The notes: generated by a model not told the origin, from the letters alone. Shown: positions 1 to 12,995, counted from the first letter of the whole stretch. The stretch: 63,765 nucleotides of DNA, filler included, from Octopus bimaculoides (GCF_001194135.2; 5 parts of 5 records of this genome joined end to end with filler, not necessarily neighbours in it); one strand, 5' to 3'. Program-made: numbers and translations.

Positions 1-2
1 AA

Positions 3-281
3 ACAGAAACAATTCCTATCATAGTAGGTGCCTTAGGTATAATAAAAAAATATTCAGACAAATACATAACAAAAACACCAGGACTTACAAATATATATAA
101 CATACAGAAAATTGCACTACTGGGCACTGCACACATCCTATGCAAAACACTTTCAATACAGTAACCATAAGAGCACCACAGCAAACCACAGCACATACCC
201 AAGGCACACAGAGCTGCGCTCGGTAGTGAAGTGAAAGCACGTGATAAAAATAAGACTACTGAACAATAATAATAGTAATAA
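3..281 (+). mobile_element. 3' end of an R4/Dong-like RLE-clade non-LTR retrotransposon
   Basis: 3-164 reads TETIPIIVGALG...IQKIALLGTAHILCKTLSIQ*, the PIIVGALG/LLGTAHIL C-terminus of RLE LINEs; short 3' UTR ends in an AAT-rich tail at about 264-281. Confidence 0.85.
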
Positions 282-589
282 AGAGCAATGAATTTATTTT
301 CAATTGTTTTGATATCTGTGGACTGTAAAAGTCAATGTTCAATGGAAATGGGAAGTTGTGGTGCTCATGGGTTTCTCAAGGATATCAGCGCCATAAATGA
401 AGTTGTATGATACTGGAATCGAAACCAGAACGTCGTATAAGGACTTTCAATGATACTTTAGTTTAATGTTCTTTGGAAGCTAATGTAGGGCAATCAATGA
501 ACCAAAAACAAAATAAAAAAAAACCGGAAATCCTGTTTGAAACTCCATTAAATTGCAAACTTGACCGTTAACTTAACGTCGGCTGCTTA

Positions 590-591
<2 letters not shown>

Positions 592-642
<51 letters not shown>
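592..642. repeat. (CA)n microsatellite, one of dozens of CA, TA, TATG, AAT, ATC and TAGA tracts
   Basis: Directly visible. Confidence 0.98.
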
Positions 643-646
<4 letters not shown>

Positions 647-774
647 CTATTGTTTTCAATAACTGTGTCATCGATTATATTCTATAAATATTTATATTGT
701 TATACATAGATGATGGGAGGTGGTATGGTCGGGGTAGGTTATTGTTCTAATCATTGATGTTGTTATTGTTTAGC

Positions 775-1110
775 CCCAGGTCCAGTTATACGGATCAAGT
801 CTACGATGAAATCCACTCCACCAACTTGTATTTCTTCAAGCAAATCTAAGACTGCATAATCTACTGTTTTATCTCTTCATCTAACATGAAGTGCATGCTA
901 TGAAGAAGGCTTGGCTGTTATTTCTAGTAGCTTGAGATACCACATTGAGAATTCTGTATTGCTCTGTAGATGGTTCAGTCCTAGAGTGCCGTGAGATCAT
1001 GTGTTTTTTTAGCTTACTTCTGATCCAGTAGATGGATCAGTAAATGTATTCTATCCATAACCATCCGTCGTTGTAGGGATATCTAGGACTGCATCATGAA
1101 AAAGCAGAAT
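775..1110 (-). mobile_element. Degraded RTE-like LINE 3' remnant
   Basis: The minus strand gives broken fragments (HMISRH..RTEPS) resembling the RTE post-RT C-terminus, with many stops and frameshifts. Confidence 0.35.
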
Positions 1111-2881
1111 TATAACACATTCCGATCTAGCTTTGAGCATCCCATCATTTTACCACAAAGTCTACCTTGGACAATATTACTTAATGTGGCCTTTTCTAAA
1201 AAGACGTAAAAAGCATTTTAATGGGAAATTGTGTATANNNNNNNNNNNNNNNNNNNNNNNNNNNNNNNNNNNNNNNNNNNNNNNNNNNNNNNNNNNNNNN
1301 NNNNNNNNNNNNNNNNNNNNNNNNNNNNNNNNNNNNNNNNNNNNNNNNNNNNNNNNNNNNNNNNNNNNNNNNNNNNNNNNNNNNNNNNNNNNNNNNNNNN
1401 NNNNNNNNNNNNNNNNNNNNNNNNNNNNNNNNNNNNNNNNNNNNNNNNNNNNNNNNNNNNNNNNNNNNNNNNNNNNNNNNNNNNNNNNNNNNNNNNNNNN
1501 NNNNNNNNNNNNNNNNNNNNNNNNNNNNNNNNNNNNNNNNNNNNNNNNNNNNNNNNNNNNNNNNNNNNNNNNNNNNNNNNNNNNNNNNNNNNNNNNNNNN
1601 NNNNNNNNNNNNNNNNNNNNNNNNNNNNNNNNNNNNNNNNNNNNNNNNNNNNNNNNNNNNNNNNNNNNNNNNNNNNNNNNNNNNNNNNNNNNNNNNNNNN
1701 NNNNNNNNNNNNNNNNNNNNNNNNNNNNNNNNNNNNNNNNNNNNNNNNNNNNNNNNNNNNNNNNNNNNNNNNNNNNNNNNNNNNNNNNNNNNNNNNNNNN
1801 NNNNNNNNNNNNNNNNNNNNNNNNNNNNNNNNNNNNNNNNNNNNNNNNNNNNNNNNNNNNNNNNNNNNNNNNNNNNNNNNNNNNNNNNNNNNNNNNNNNN
1901 NNNNNNNNNNNNNNNNNNNNNNNNNNNNNNNNNNNNNNNNNNNNNNNNNNNNNNNNNNNNNNNNNNNNNNNNNNNNNNNNNNNNNNNNNNNNNNNNNNNN
2001 NNNNNNNNNNNNNNNNNNNNNNNNNNNNNNNNNNNNNNNNNNNNNNNNNNNNNNNNNNNNNNNNNNNNNNNNNNNNNNNNNNNNNNNNNNNNNNNNNNNN
2101 NNNNNNNNNNNNNNNNNNNNNNNNNNNNNNNNNNNNNNNNNNNNNNNNNNNNNNATATATATAAAGTTATAAAATAATTAAGCTGGCTAGACACAATTCA
2201 AACCGAAAGCGAAATAACACACCGTCACTAAACAGTGACGAATGGTGCAGAGAACACCAGCATTGCTACAAACAACTGTCAAAAGACCCTTTAGCCACAG
2301 AAAACCCATTTTCTATTTACTGACAGGGGAGACAACCTCCCTACCACAATTGAGTGGCATGCTTATTTCGCATGAAGTTTAATGCTTATCGGTAATGCAT
2401 ACTCCATAGCGGGTGGTGAAGTTAAATTCTATCCCGTCAGTATATATAGATTTCACCACAGGAATCAGTGATTCCGCAAAATGGTAAATGTGAAAATAAA
2501 AAAAAAATTATATTTAAGGTGACTAGACGTAATTCAAAACCAAGAAGAAAATAATTCAGACACTACATTTATGCAAAAAGATGGAATAAACAGGCTTTAA
2601 TTACTAATTACAAAATCTGTGTCTCTGTTGTGGCAACAGATGTAAGTAGCTGAGATTTCAATCTCATATTATGGCATAAAATTGTTTTACAAATGATTCT
2701 ATTGGTCAATATGTTCCAGCACCCGCAGCAGTGTGTCGGCCCTTAGTCGGGTAGAGCTTTGAGTCAAGTTACCGATAACTATGTCCCAAGTTATCTGTAC
2801 CTTCATACAATAAAGTATTCTCTGAAGATCCGTTGGGGTCGAGCATTTATATTCATTTAGAACACATTTTTGAGGGCTCTA

Positions 2882-3331
2882 CAGAAAATGGAGAAATCGA
2901 TGAACAACAATTGACTTACATCAATTATTGGTTATTAATTCAGTACAAATAAACCACATCCCATCTAACAGCTGTTTCTGTTTCCAATGTTGTATGGTAT
3001 TGCCATTGATGTGCTAAGAATATTTATCATATTTGGTAATAAAACCGATCTGAAACATGGAGCTTCACAAGAGTGAAGAATTAATAAATAAAAAGAGTCT
3101 AGAGAAGAAAAAGGAAAAGTTGGATATGGTTGTAATCATACCATTTTGCTTGTGTATCTCTTTGGGACATTAAGTAAATGACTAAACTTAGAATAGTATT
3201 TGGTGGATTTAATCCTTTGTATGGGGGTGGCAGAAACAGCTGTTAGATGGGATGCAGTCTATTTGTATTGAATTAATAAATAATAATTGATGTAAGTCAA
3301 TAGTTGTTCATCAATATTTCTCCATTTTCTG
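2882..3331. mobile_element. Tc1/mariner-type MITE, 450 bp, with about 100 bp TIRs
   Basis: 2882-2979 (CAGAAAATGGAGAAAT...AACAGCTGTTTCTG) is an inverted repeat of 3231-3331; TA dinucleotides flank both ends (2880-81, 3332-33). Confidence 0.9.
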
Positions 3332-3523
3332 TACTCTTTAAATTTTGATTCTTAATAAACTCATGTTTATCCTTGGTTTTACCTATAATTTATGAGCATA
3401 ATATGCTTGCATGTGTATGCCCAGGGTTAAATATAGGTAATATACCGGTAGTATAATGGATACTTCTATCTTTTAGGCGGTTACCTTAAGTGCTAACTCA
3501 GCTAACACACACACACACGCACG

Positions 3524-3565
<42 letters not shown>

Positions 3566-4092
3566 TTATCTGAAATTATCCGGTCAGCTTCTCCGACACA
3601 ACCTCATTGTTTTTCCTTTTAATTTTTTTTGGTAATACCTTTTTTGATATTTTTCTTTAATTTTTTTTACACTGACGACAATGGTAATACATAACTATTT
3701 TAATTATTATTATAATTAATGTTTTTCTTACATGTTTATATTACCATTTGAAACGGTCGTATGTGGAAATTAAATTCTAATTTGAACTTTAACATTTTCT
3801 CTTCTCCATTTTTCTAATTGTTTGTAGTGTTTTATATAAGATTTTATGTTATACATGCCTATAACAATACTTATATTTATATATTAATCGAAGTGTATAG
3901 TAGTATATATCCATTACGGCCGATCTTACCGATCAGTTTCGCACTAAGGGTTCAGCGGAGCGTTAGGTAACTGTCCGATTATGTAATCTTGCGCTCTTCA
4001 GAGATGGCAGTTATGGAATTCATACATACATATATAGGCATATATACAGGCATAGACATACGTACTGTATGTAATATGCATATATAACTACA

Positions 4093-4559
4093 CAGTAATC
4101 CATCGACTATCGCGGGTGTTACGTTCCAAAATCTCTCGCGTTAGGTGAAAATCCGCGCATTAGGAACAATACTGTATAGTTTTTATTATTTTTATAATTT
4201 GTCTATATTTATTTTATTACAAATGCAAAACAACACCACACACTCGCCTCCCGAGTTTCGTTTTCCATACAGTATATGCGATTCTTTGTTTACTCATCTA
4301 TGGCACACTACGTATTTCCTTATAATATATTTTAATTAATGTGTTATACAGTGCGGTACTGTACTGTATTTTTATTAATTTATTAATTTTTAGGCGTGAA
4401 AATGCTTATTTTACCACAGAAATAATTAAAATCTAAAATAACAAATGAATACTTACTGGCCGCAGAAATCCACAATATAGATTTACATATATTAGCCAGA
4501 AAAATCCGCGATGTACTGAGGGTGCGATAGGTGAACCACGATATGGTGAGTGATTACTG
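4093..4559. mobile_element. pogo/Tigger-like MITE
   Basis: Begins CAGTAATCCATCGACTATCGCGG and ends CCACGATATGGTGAGTGATTACTG+TA; imperfect TIRs of Tigger type; homologous to 5462-5722. Confidence 0.8.
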
Positions 4560-5461
4560 TATACACTTATAAATGTGAACACATACACACACATATATAT
4601 ATCGTTAAGTACATAAATAACTATAGGCACATGTACGTACACAGACGCACACTCACATATATTATTAGACATATGCTTGAATTACACTAACATACACTCA
4701 CGCATGCGCATATAAAACACACACACGCATAGGAAAATGTCTACGGGCAAATGCACTCATACAGGCACACAATATATATTATTAGACGTACGCCTAAATT
4801 ATAGATACACACAAACTCACACACACGCACACAGACTCATATGTACATGCTCACATATGGACGCATGCTCACATGTGCTCATATTTACACGCATATGTGT
4901 ACTCGGGCTCTTTTGCACTTGATTTGAAGAAATGCAGACGACTTTTTTTTCTCTCAGCTAATTTTCTTAACGAAACTTAAAAGAAATAAAATTGAACGAA
5001 AACTCAAATAATGATGGGGTTAGTCTAGTTTGCAATTCTTCGATCTCCAATTCCATACAGGTTTCCACAAGATTCGCTCAGTTCAATTTTAGATTTTAAA
5101 TTTGCTTTGAAGAATTAGATTTGTGCATTTCTGGAAATTCAGGTGAGATGAAGGTATGTTATCATAAAAGATAAAGAAATGAATATCGTCCGCAGACGAG
5201 CGTGCACGAAAGGATCTTAACCCTGCTAGGAAAAAAGTTCATCACGTGTGAAAAGGTTCGCAGCCGGATTAAGTGGGGTTAAGCCTTACTGAGAACTACA
5301 GTTTCATGTTGAATTTAAGTAAACACTTTACATCAAACAGAGAATCGTAGTCCCGGTGGGGGGTGGGGTGGATAAATTCAGCAAAGATGAGAAGACCACT
5401 GCGATGCATGCCTAGTATACTGATGTTCCCTTCCCTTCCCACGTTCATGCTTACATGTATA

Positions 5462-5722
5462 AAGTAGTCCCTCGACTATCGCGGGTGCTACGTTCCAACC
5501 CAGCCCCCTGGGATAGGTGAAAACCCGCGAAGTAGAAACAGTACTGCATATTTATTATTATTATTTTTTATAATTTGTATATATTTCATTGTAAATACAA
5601 AATAACACCACGGAGGAATCGATATTAGCTTAAATAATAAACCGCGTTAGGTGAACCGCGATAGGTGAACCGCGTTAGGTGAACCGCGATAGGTGAACCG
5701 CAATATGGCGAGGGGGTTACTG
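5462..5722. mobile_element. Shorter pogo/Tigger-like MITE of the same family, with an internal 14-bp tandem
   Basis: Starts AAGTAGTCCCTCGACTATCGCGG and ends GGCGAGGGGGTTACTG+TA; AGGTGAACCGCG(A/T)T is repeated about 4 times at 5640-5703. Confidence 0.8.
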
Positions 5723-5734
5723 TATGCGTTTGAT

Positions 5735-5955
5735 AATCGTGAGTTCGATTTCCAGCGGCGTGTTGTGTCCTTGAGTAAGTCACTTTATTTCTTGTTGCTC
5801 TTGCCGACTCAGCTGGCAAAAATGAATTGTCCCTGTAATTCAAACAGTCGGCCATGTCACATTCTGTGTTATGCTGAATCTTCTTGAGAACTACGTTAAC
5901 GGTCTGCGGGGTTTTCAGCCATTTGCTCGTTAATTTCACGTGCAGGTTGTTTAGT
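5735..5955 (+). mobile_element. tRNA-headed SINE fragment (family C)
   Basis: B-box GAGTTCGATTTCC followed by a body matching 47278-47725 and 47881-48269. Confidence 0.75.
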
Positions 5956-6061
5956 CGATCGAATGCGCATGCGTTAAAATTTTCGCGTTGCTATACCGCG
6001 CCAGTTTCCGGCTGTTACGCCTAGTGTATGGACGTGTAGTGCGCGCTTGTCGAATTTATTA

Positions 6062-6290
6062 ATTTATTTATTTATGGGTTTCAGCCAAGTGGCTGTGGTC
6101 ATGCTGGAGCACCACCGTGTTGTGCTCTCTTCACGTTCCCTGTATGGCTCTTCTCCTCCACCTGACATGGTCCAATCAAGAGTTTTGATGGCACATCTGG
6201 TGTATAAGAGAATTTGACATAGCTGCCCTAAACTGCGTCTCATTACGAGCCATTGGTTCGTCTGGTATCGTGGAGAGGAAAGCGTGATGA
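6062..6290 (-). mobile_element. Possible RTE-like LINE 3' remnant ending in the tail module shared with SINEs
   Basis: The minus strand ends GGTGGTGCTCCAGCATGACCACAGCCACTTGGCTGAAAC+(TAAA)n; upstream decayed coding (MRRSLG..TLDWTMSGG) resembles an RTE C-terminus. Confidence 0.45.
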
Positions 6291-6485
6291 GCGTTTTAGC
6301 TATATTTCTAGTTTAAAATGAATTCCTGATGNNNNNNNNNNNNNNNNNNNNNNNNNNNNNNNNNNNNNNNNNNNNNNNNNNNNNNNNNNNNNNNNNNNNN
6401 NNNNNNNNNNNNNNNNNNNNNNNNNNNNNNNNNNNNNNNNNNNNNNNNNNNNTATATATTTATAATCATAAACACGCACACATTC

Positions 6486-6537
<52 letters not shown>

Positions 6538-6648
6538 GTATATATATGTAATTTATGCATATACATATACGTCTATTTTCTATATATATGTTTATATGTA
6601 TATGTATGCGTATGTATATACACGCGTGCTCCCACGCTCGCACACACT

Positions 6649-6705
<57 letters not shown>

Positions 6706-7648
6706 TCCTACTATATTTACATATAAATTACAGTGACAGTCTCATAAGGTAATCGTATTCATTAGATCTAACGCCTTAATGTCTACCAACTTTGCAGCTG
6801 CGCCCCAATGTGAATCGCCATTATCAATTGTTGCTAACATAAGCGGATTCTTCAAGTGGTTTAATGGCGGCTAACGATCAACCGAGTGTCCGCTAGAGCG
6901 CTGTTCACTATTTCGCCAGCGCTCAGCCCATAGATATTCATTTTCAAATATCTCCAATGTGTGAGTGTGTGTGTGTTTGTATGCGCATGCGTGCGTGAGC
7001 TCTATTGTCTCTTTTCTTTCGTAAGTTCGTTGGAATAAATCATAGACTGTAATAAGAGGAGACTTTTACTGGTCGATGTTGTTTGCACGTCAGCACGCAT
7101 GCGCGCGCTCACACACGCAAGCAGCCCTCCCCCCACCACCCTCACGCAGATGGTTGTACACCATTGTACGTCAATAGGGCAATTGGTTCGTCTGAGGTGT
7201 TTCTATGAACACGAGAGCTGAAACCACTCATCTTTCTTACCAGTGTGTGCGTATGCATGTGTGTGCGTGCGTGTGTGCGTACGTCTGTGTGTGCGTGTGC
7301 GTATGCATGTGTGTGTGCATGTGTGTGTGCGTGTGTGTGCATCTGTGTGTATGCGTGCGTGTGTAAGATAGCAATACTTTCCTTATGGAATTTGTTCATC
7401 AACATTTATTGTAAAATCAGACCTGTGTAGGTGGGATTGATGTCCGTGTGTGTATATGGTGATGTACAAGTGTACGTATGCGCATGGGAAAGGTGAGAGT
7501 AAAGACGGAGATAGGAGACGGAGTGGTAGCTTAAGAGTGGGAGTGATAAAGTCATTAGAGATCGCGAGCGCGTGAGAGAGGCACATAAGGGGAGATAATG
7601 TGAAAAATGAAATCCGTATACACACACATACACACACACACGCACGCA

Positions 7649-7706
<58 letters not shown>

Positions 7707-7746
7707 TAACGATAATAATAACATCAACAACAATAATAATAATAAT

Positions 7747-8064
7747 TGCCCTGATGCAGTACATGGTACCGACTTTCATGGCTTCTGATCTTAACTGATT
7801 GGAAGTGTTATCATGTATATTGTTTTGTCTTGGTCTTTAAAGTTGGGCTACAGTAAACATTCTGCTGAATACCACAGATTTGCTTGTCAGTGGTTTGACC
7901 GCAACCAGTTGGGCCTGTTCTTTAGTAGCTTATGATATGTGCATCTTTGATGAGAAGCAGAAGTAGTGGGGGAGCATCATAGCCATGTGTTGAGAGGCAT
8001 TCTTTGGGGTTTGAATAATTCACATTTGGAAACATGGGTGCTTCGTTCAACATCTTTAAACAAC
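7747..8064 (-). mobile_element. Truncated copy of a non-coding ~520 bp AAT-associated element (element X)
   Basis: High similarity to 26729-27025; left end abuts an (AAT)n tract. Strand is inferred from the conserved left end and variable right end. Confidence 0.75.
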
Positions 8065-8479
8065 CACCACAATATAGCCAGGCTTGTCCATTGGACACTT
8101 TGTAACAGGTATGGACTTGACAGAGGAAAGAATTGGTACGACCACAAATCTGAAGGCATCATCGAAAATGATAATGCAAAGATCCTGTGGGATTTTATGA
8201 TCCTGTGCGACCATGAGATAGAGAATAGGAAACCAGAGATAGTGTTAATTGATAGAGAAAACAAACTATGCTGGATCATAGATATAGCAAGCGCAGCTGA
8301 CAACAAGGTATGCGATAAGGAAGAAAGAAAAGTCGATAGATATGACAGGTTAGCTTGGGAGGTTAAGCAGTTGTGATCGATGAAAAAGGTAGCAGTAGTA
8401 CCAATAATTGTCGGAGCCCTGGGAACAGTGAGCAAAAATCTCGAGAAGTACGTGGAACAAATAGGGGTTGCAATAAGGG
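8065..8479 (+). mobile_element. R4/Dong-like LINE, restriction-like endonuclease domain fragment
   Basis: HHNIARLVHWTLC...ILWDFMILCDHEIENRKPEIVLID...IIDIA...VVPIIVGALG; a PD-(D/E)xK-type RLE region with one in-frame stop, running into a gap. Confidence 0.9.
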
Positions 8480-9423
8480 NNNNNNNNNNNNNNNNNNNNN
8501 NNNNNNNNNNNNNNNNNNNNNNNNNNNNNNNNNNNNNNNNNNNNNNNNNNNNNNNNNNNNNNNNNNNNNNNNNNNNNNNNNNNNNNNNNNNNNNNNNNNN
8601 NNNNNNNNNNNNNNNNNNNNNNNNNNNNNNNNNNNNNNNNNNNNNNNNNNNNNNNNNNNNNNNNNNNNNNNNNNNNNNNNNNNNNNNNNNNNNNNNNNNN
8701 NNNNNNNNNNNNNNNNNNNNNNNNNNNNNNNNNNNNNNNNNNNNNNNNNNNNNNNNNNNNNNNNNNNNNNNNNNNNNNNNNNNNNNNNNNNNNNNNNNNN
8801 NNNNNNNNNNNNNNNNNNNNNNNNNNNNNNNNNNNNNNNNNNNNNNNNNNNNNNNNNNNNNNNNNNNNNNNNNNNNNNNNNNNNNNNNNNNNNNNNNNNN
8901 NNNNNNNNNNNNNNNNNNNNNNNNNNNNNNNNNNNNNNNNNNNNNNNNNNNNNNNNNNNNNNNNNNNNNNNNNNNNNNNNNNNNNNNNNNNNNNNNNNNN
9001 NNNNNNNNNNNNNNNNNNNNNNNNNNNNNNNNNNNNNNNNNNNNNNNNNNNNNNNNNNNNNNNNNNNNNNNNNNNNNNNNNNNNNNNNNNNNNNNNNNNN
9101 NNNNNNNNNNNNNNNNNNNNNNNNNNNNNNNNNNNNNNNNNNNNNNNNNNNNNNNNNNNNNNNNNNNNNNNNNNNNNNNNNNNNNNNNNNNNNNNNNNNN
9201 NNNNNNNNNNNNNNNNNNNNNNNNNNNNNNNNNNNNNNNNNNNNNNNNNNNNNNNNNNNNNNNNNNNNNNNNNNNNNNNNNNNNNNNNNNNNNNNNNNNN
9301 NNNNNNNNNNNNNNNNNNNNNNNNNNNNNNNNNNNNNNNNNNNNNNNNNNNNNNNNNNNNNNNNNNNNNNNNNNNNNNNNNNNNNNNNNNNNNNNNNNNN
9401 NNNNNNNNNNNNNNNNNNNNNNN

Positions 9424-9803
9424 CTGAAGACGAAAACAATACCTATTGTCATAGGTGCCCTGGGAATGACAGCGAAACGGGCTGATTACTACCTAGCTCA
9501 GATACCAGGAAACCTCAAAATGGCTGAAGTTCAAAAGATAGTGCTCATGGGAACTGCCCATATCCTACGTAAAATACTGTCTATGTGATCTCAAATTTTA
9601 AAGCAAACATAATTTTCTTATGGTTTCTTAAAATATTCACTAGAACAAAACTGTACAAATCCAAATATATGGTACCCTAGGCATAACACCTACATGAACT
9701 TCTAACTTGTTGTCTCTTGAGGTCTCTGGGTGAGACTTGGATCCAACTTGTACAAATGCAAAACAAAAGTCAAACATAAAATAATAATAATAATAATAAT
9801 AAT
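9424..9803 (+). mobile_element. Second R4/Dong-like LINE 3' end with (AAT)n tail
   Basis: LKTKTIPIVIGALG...VQKIVLMGTAHILRKILSM* (stop 9586-88), then a 3' UTR and (AAT)n at 9780-9803. PIxxGALG occurs on both sides of the gap, so this is a separate copy. Confidence 0.9.
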
Positions 9804-9887
9804 ATGTAGTGCCAGAGAGTGGTTCTCATGGCTTCTGATCTTAACTGAGTGGAAGTATTATGTACATTGTTTTGTCTTGGTATAAAA
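9804..9887 (-). mobile_element. Short fragment of element X
   Basis: CTCATGGCTTCTGATCTTAACTGA...TTGTTTTGTCTTGGTATAAAA matches the left ends of the 7747 and 26729 copies. Confidence 0.75.
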
Positions 9888-11136
9888 TTTAATTACAATA
9901 ACCGTCTATGTAACATACGTAACGTATATATACCATCGAAAGGCATGATGCTGCGGTTTTTGTCTGAAAGAAAAATCTATTCCTAAACATGTGTTTAAAA
10001 AGTTACTCAACAGAAATCAGTCATTCAAAAGCCGTCAATATCCTCACAACAACTCGCTCAGGGACTGCCACCTCGAAAACACCTCATCACTTTCAATATA
10101 AGTTTGGAAGTGGAGAGATAAAGGAAAAAATATCAGAATTACATGGTCAATGCTGGAAGATGCACTGCGTTGAGGAATGGTCAAGGGGTGTCGCTTGATT
10201 CTTAAGACATGCATACGTACATACATACATGCAGGTATACATACATACATACATAGATACATACATAAACACACACACATATATATATACATGCATATAT
10301 TATTACAACCAACTGACATATACGAGACGAAAAACGCATGTTTAAACATTTCAGACAATATCACTTTAATATACGTCATCGTCGTCATCATCAACCGACT
10401 CTTCCACTCCCCTCCCACCACCACCACCAACTACTACTATCATCATCATCATCATCATCACGTAGTTATCGTAATCGACATAGCCGTCGTCGTCATCGTC
10501 GTCGTTTCCCACTCCTCCTCCTCCTCCTCCTCCTCCTCCTCAGGACCACCAGCGCCACCAGTTGTTAGNNNNNNNNNNNNNNNNNNNNNNNNNNCTCCTC
10601 CTCCTCCTCCTCCTCCTCCTCCTCCTCAGGACCACCAGCGCCACCAGTTGTTAGTCATATCGTATAATAAAAGGAAAAACGAACACAAACCTTGTTTAAC
10701 TAAAACAGTGATATGTTTGATGTATGAGTTAATATTGTATCATGTGACTCAGGGATGACGACGACGACGTTGATGGCGATCGTCTGCTAGCAACGATTCT
10801 CTTCTCTCACTTGTCCTCCATATTGTTATCACGATTTTAATGTTTGATACAAACTTTGCCGAAAAAGAAAAAGAAAAAAGAATCCACCAAAGCTGTTTTC
10901 TTTCTTTCTTTGTTTATTCCCGTCTTCCATTCAAAATCGCTGTTGTTACTTTCTTCATCGTCGTCGTCGTCGTTGTTGTTGTTGTTGCTACAACCATTGC
11001 TGTAGTTGTTGTTGTTGTTGTCGATAACGTTGTTACAGTTGCTTATCAGCAATAATTATTGATTAGCTCGTTACTGTAGCAGTTGTTGTTATTGTAGTTG
11101 GGGCTCTAACTGATGCTACCGATAATCTTGTTATTA

Positions 11137-11187
<51 letters not shown>

Positions 11188-11779
11188 GTGTGCGTGCGTT
11201 TAAGAATCGTTATGCAGCTATCAATCCAAACATCAGACTAATGAGAGGCCGTTATTGGACATGCAAACGTTCAAAATGTTCTGACGTAATTGGAATTTTA
11301 AAAAAAAGTTCTTTATAATATATATACGCATACACATAAATACACATGCACCACACATATTTATATATGAGTGTAGTCTTTCGTAATCTGGGAAAGAAGG
11401 TTGTTCTGCAATTCCCCGCTGAACAACCAGCACAAATGGTTTCTTTGTACTGATCAAATGTGTTGTGCTGTACGTTAGCTCATTCCGTCTTTACTTTGAA
11501 AGCCGTTTCATCAACCAGCTCTCAACCACAAACTCACATTTTGATATGCTGAGTGTTTATTACTGCTTTACGAAACCACGACAGACAGAAAGGATGCGGT
11601 CGTAGCCGAAAATCTGAGTTTACGGAACACAGAAACAACATTTATATATCACCTGATGAAACAACAAAATCTCACAATGTAGGGAAACGGTTACATAACA
11701 AAATACCTCCGAACATGCAGAACTACGTTGCGCGGAAACAATTGTAGTGATTACAAATAAATGTTCCTCTGTACTCCTT

Positions 11780-11981
11780 CTTGTTCACTCCAACTTATTC
11801 AATTATCCATTGACACACTACAGAAGCCCTAACGCAAATCTGGCAGTACACATAATACTACGGTTGGATAGCACTGGGTGAAATCTGAAGATGAACGGAC
11901 TTTATACTGTACTCAACTACGTTCTTAACAGAATATAACCTTACTATATAACTGCCTCTTTCTTTCTTTCTTCCTTTCTTC

Positions 11982-12056
<75 letters not shown>

Positions 12057-12560
12057 TGACCAATACCTTTCTCCTCCTTCTAACATACATATCTATTCTC
12101 TTCTCTCTATCTACTTACCCCTACCAGTACACTCTCAAAATTTCATTCACACCACAAGACCCCTTTGAATGAACAGTACATGGAATTTATGTCTACACAC
12201 TTTCCATTTGTAATAACAAAATATGAACTCCTATTGGAATCTACATACCATGGACAAGAAGCATTTCTACCCATTCTACACACCACTTTCCTTGGATAAT
12301 GGAACTGAAACTGTAACATCCTACATATATTTTTATTTTTCCTTTTATTCTCTTATTTCCCTTTATACTTCCCATATCCATTCTTTTCCAAAATAACTCC
12401 TTATATTGAACTCTGCTATTTCCCTCTAGTTAACTCTCTCATATTGTCTCTGATGAAAGGATATCCCTAATATCCCAGAAACAGCTGTAAGGCTACCTTT
12501 CTCTTTATAAATATCTTGAAAATAACACACAGCCTTGGTTTTATTCTCTCATTTTATTTA
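11780..12560 (+). mobile_element. Probable Penelope-like element 3'/pLTR remnant
   Basis: Pyrimidine-rich region containing a minimal hammerhead motif at 12446-12493; no clear protein motif survives and boundaries are approximate. Confidence 0.45.
12446..12493 (+). ncRNA. Minimal type I hammerhead ribozyme motif, slightly degenerate
   Basis: gtct-CTGATGA-aa-ggatat(cccta)atatcc-ca-GAAA-C-agct-G-TA-aggc. Core intact, palindromic stem III (CAGCTG), stem I gtct/aggc, two mismatches at the base of stem II. Confidence 0.7.
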
Positions 12561-12814
12561 CACACATCACTGTATCAAGTAGACAATCGGATATTGTTAT
12601 ACACCGCATACCCCTTGAACGGGACGTCAGTCTGTTGAAGCTAAGCATTAAATGAAGTGTGTGGCTTAAGAGCAAAACGCATTGCCGATCTGGAAATCGA
12701 AATCACGATCGTCCGTGCGTGAGTGCTACACCTTAACAATCAGGTCACGCGCATTCACATCCCGGACCTTGTGTCACTCTGTTACTTTTGCTAAATATTC
12801 TTTTCTACTCTAGG

Positions 12815-12995
12815 CACAAGGCCCGAAATCTTTGGGGAGGGGGGGGCAATCGATTAGATCGACCCCAGTACGCAACTGGTACTTAATTTATCGACCCCGA
12901 AAGGATGAAAGACAAAGTCGACCTCGGCGGAATTTTAAATCAGAACGCAAAGACAGACGAAACACCGCTAAACGTTTCTGCCAACTCGCCGCATT
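12815..12995 (-). mobile_element. tRNA-headed SINE (family A)
   Basis: Reverse complement of the GACTTTGCCTTTCATCCTTTCGGGGTCGATAAATTAAGTACCAG core found more than ten times in the window. Confidence 0.85.

Noticed and set aside
2520-2545. TGACTAGA (miR-279 seed); also AGCTGCC (miR-22/745 seed) in the 54-bp repeat
   Set aside because: Seed-only matches with no pre-miRNA hairpin.
2820-2850. CTGAAGA-tccgttggggtcGAgc as a decayed hammerhead
   Set aside because: GAAA and half of stem II are missing; too degenerate to call.
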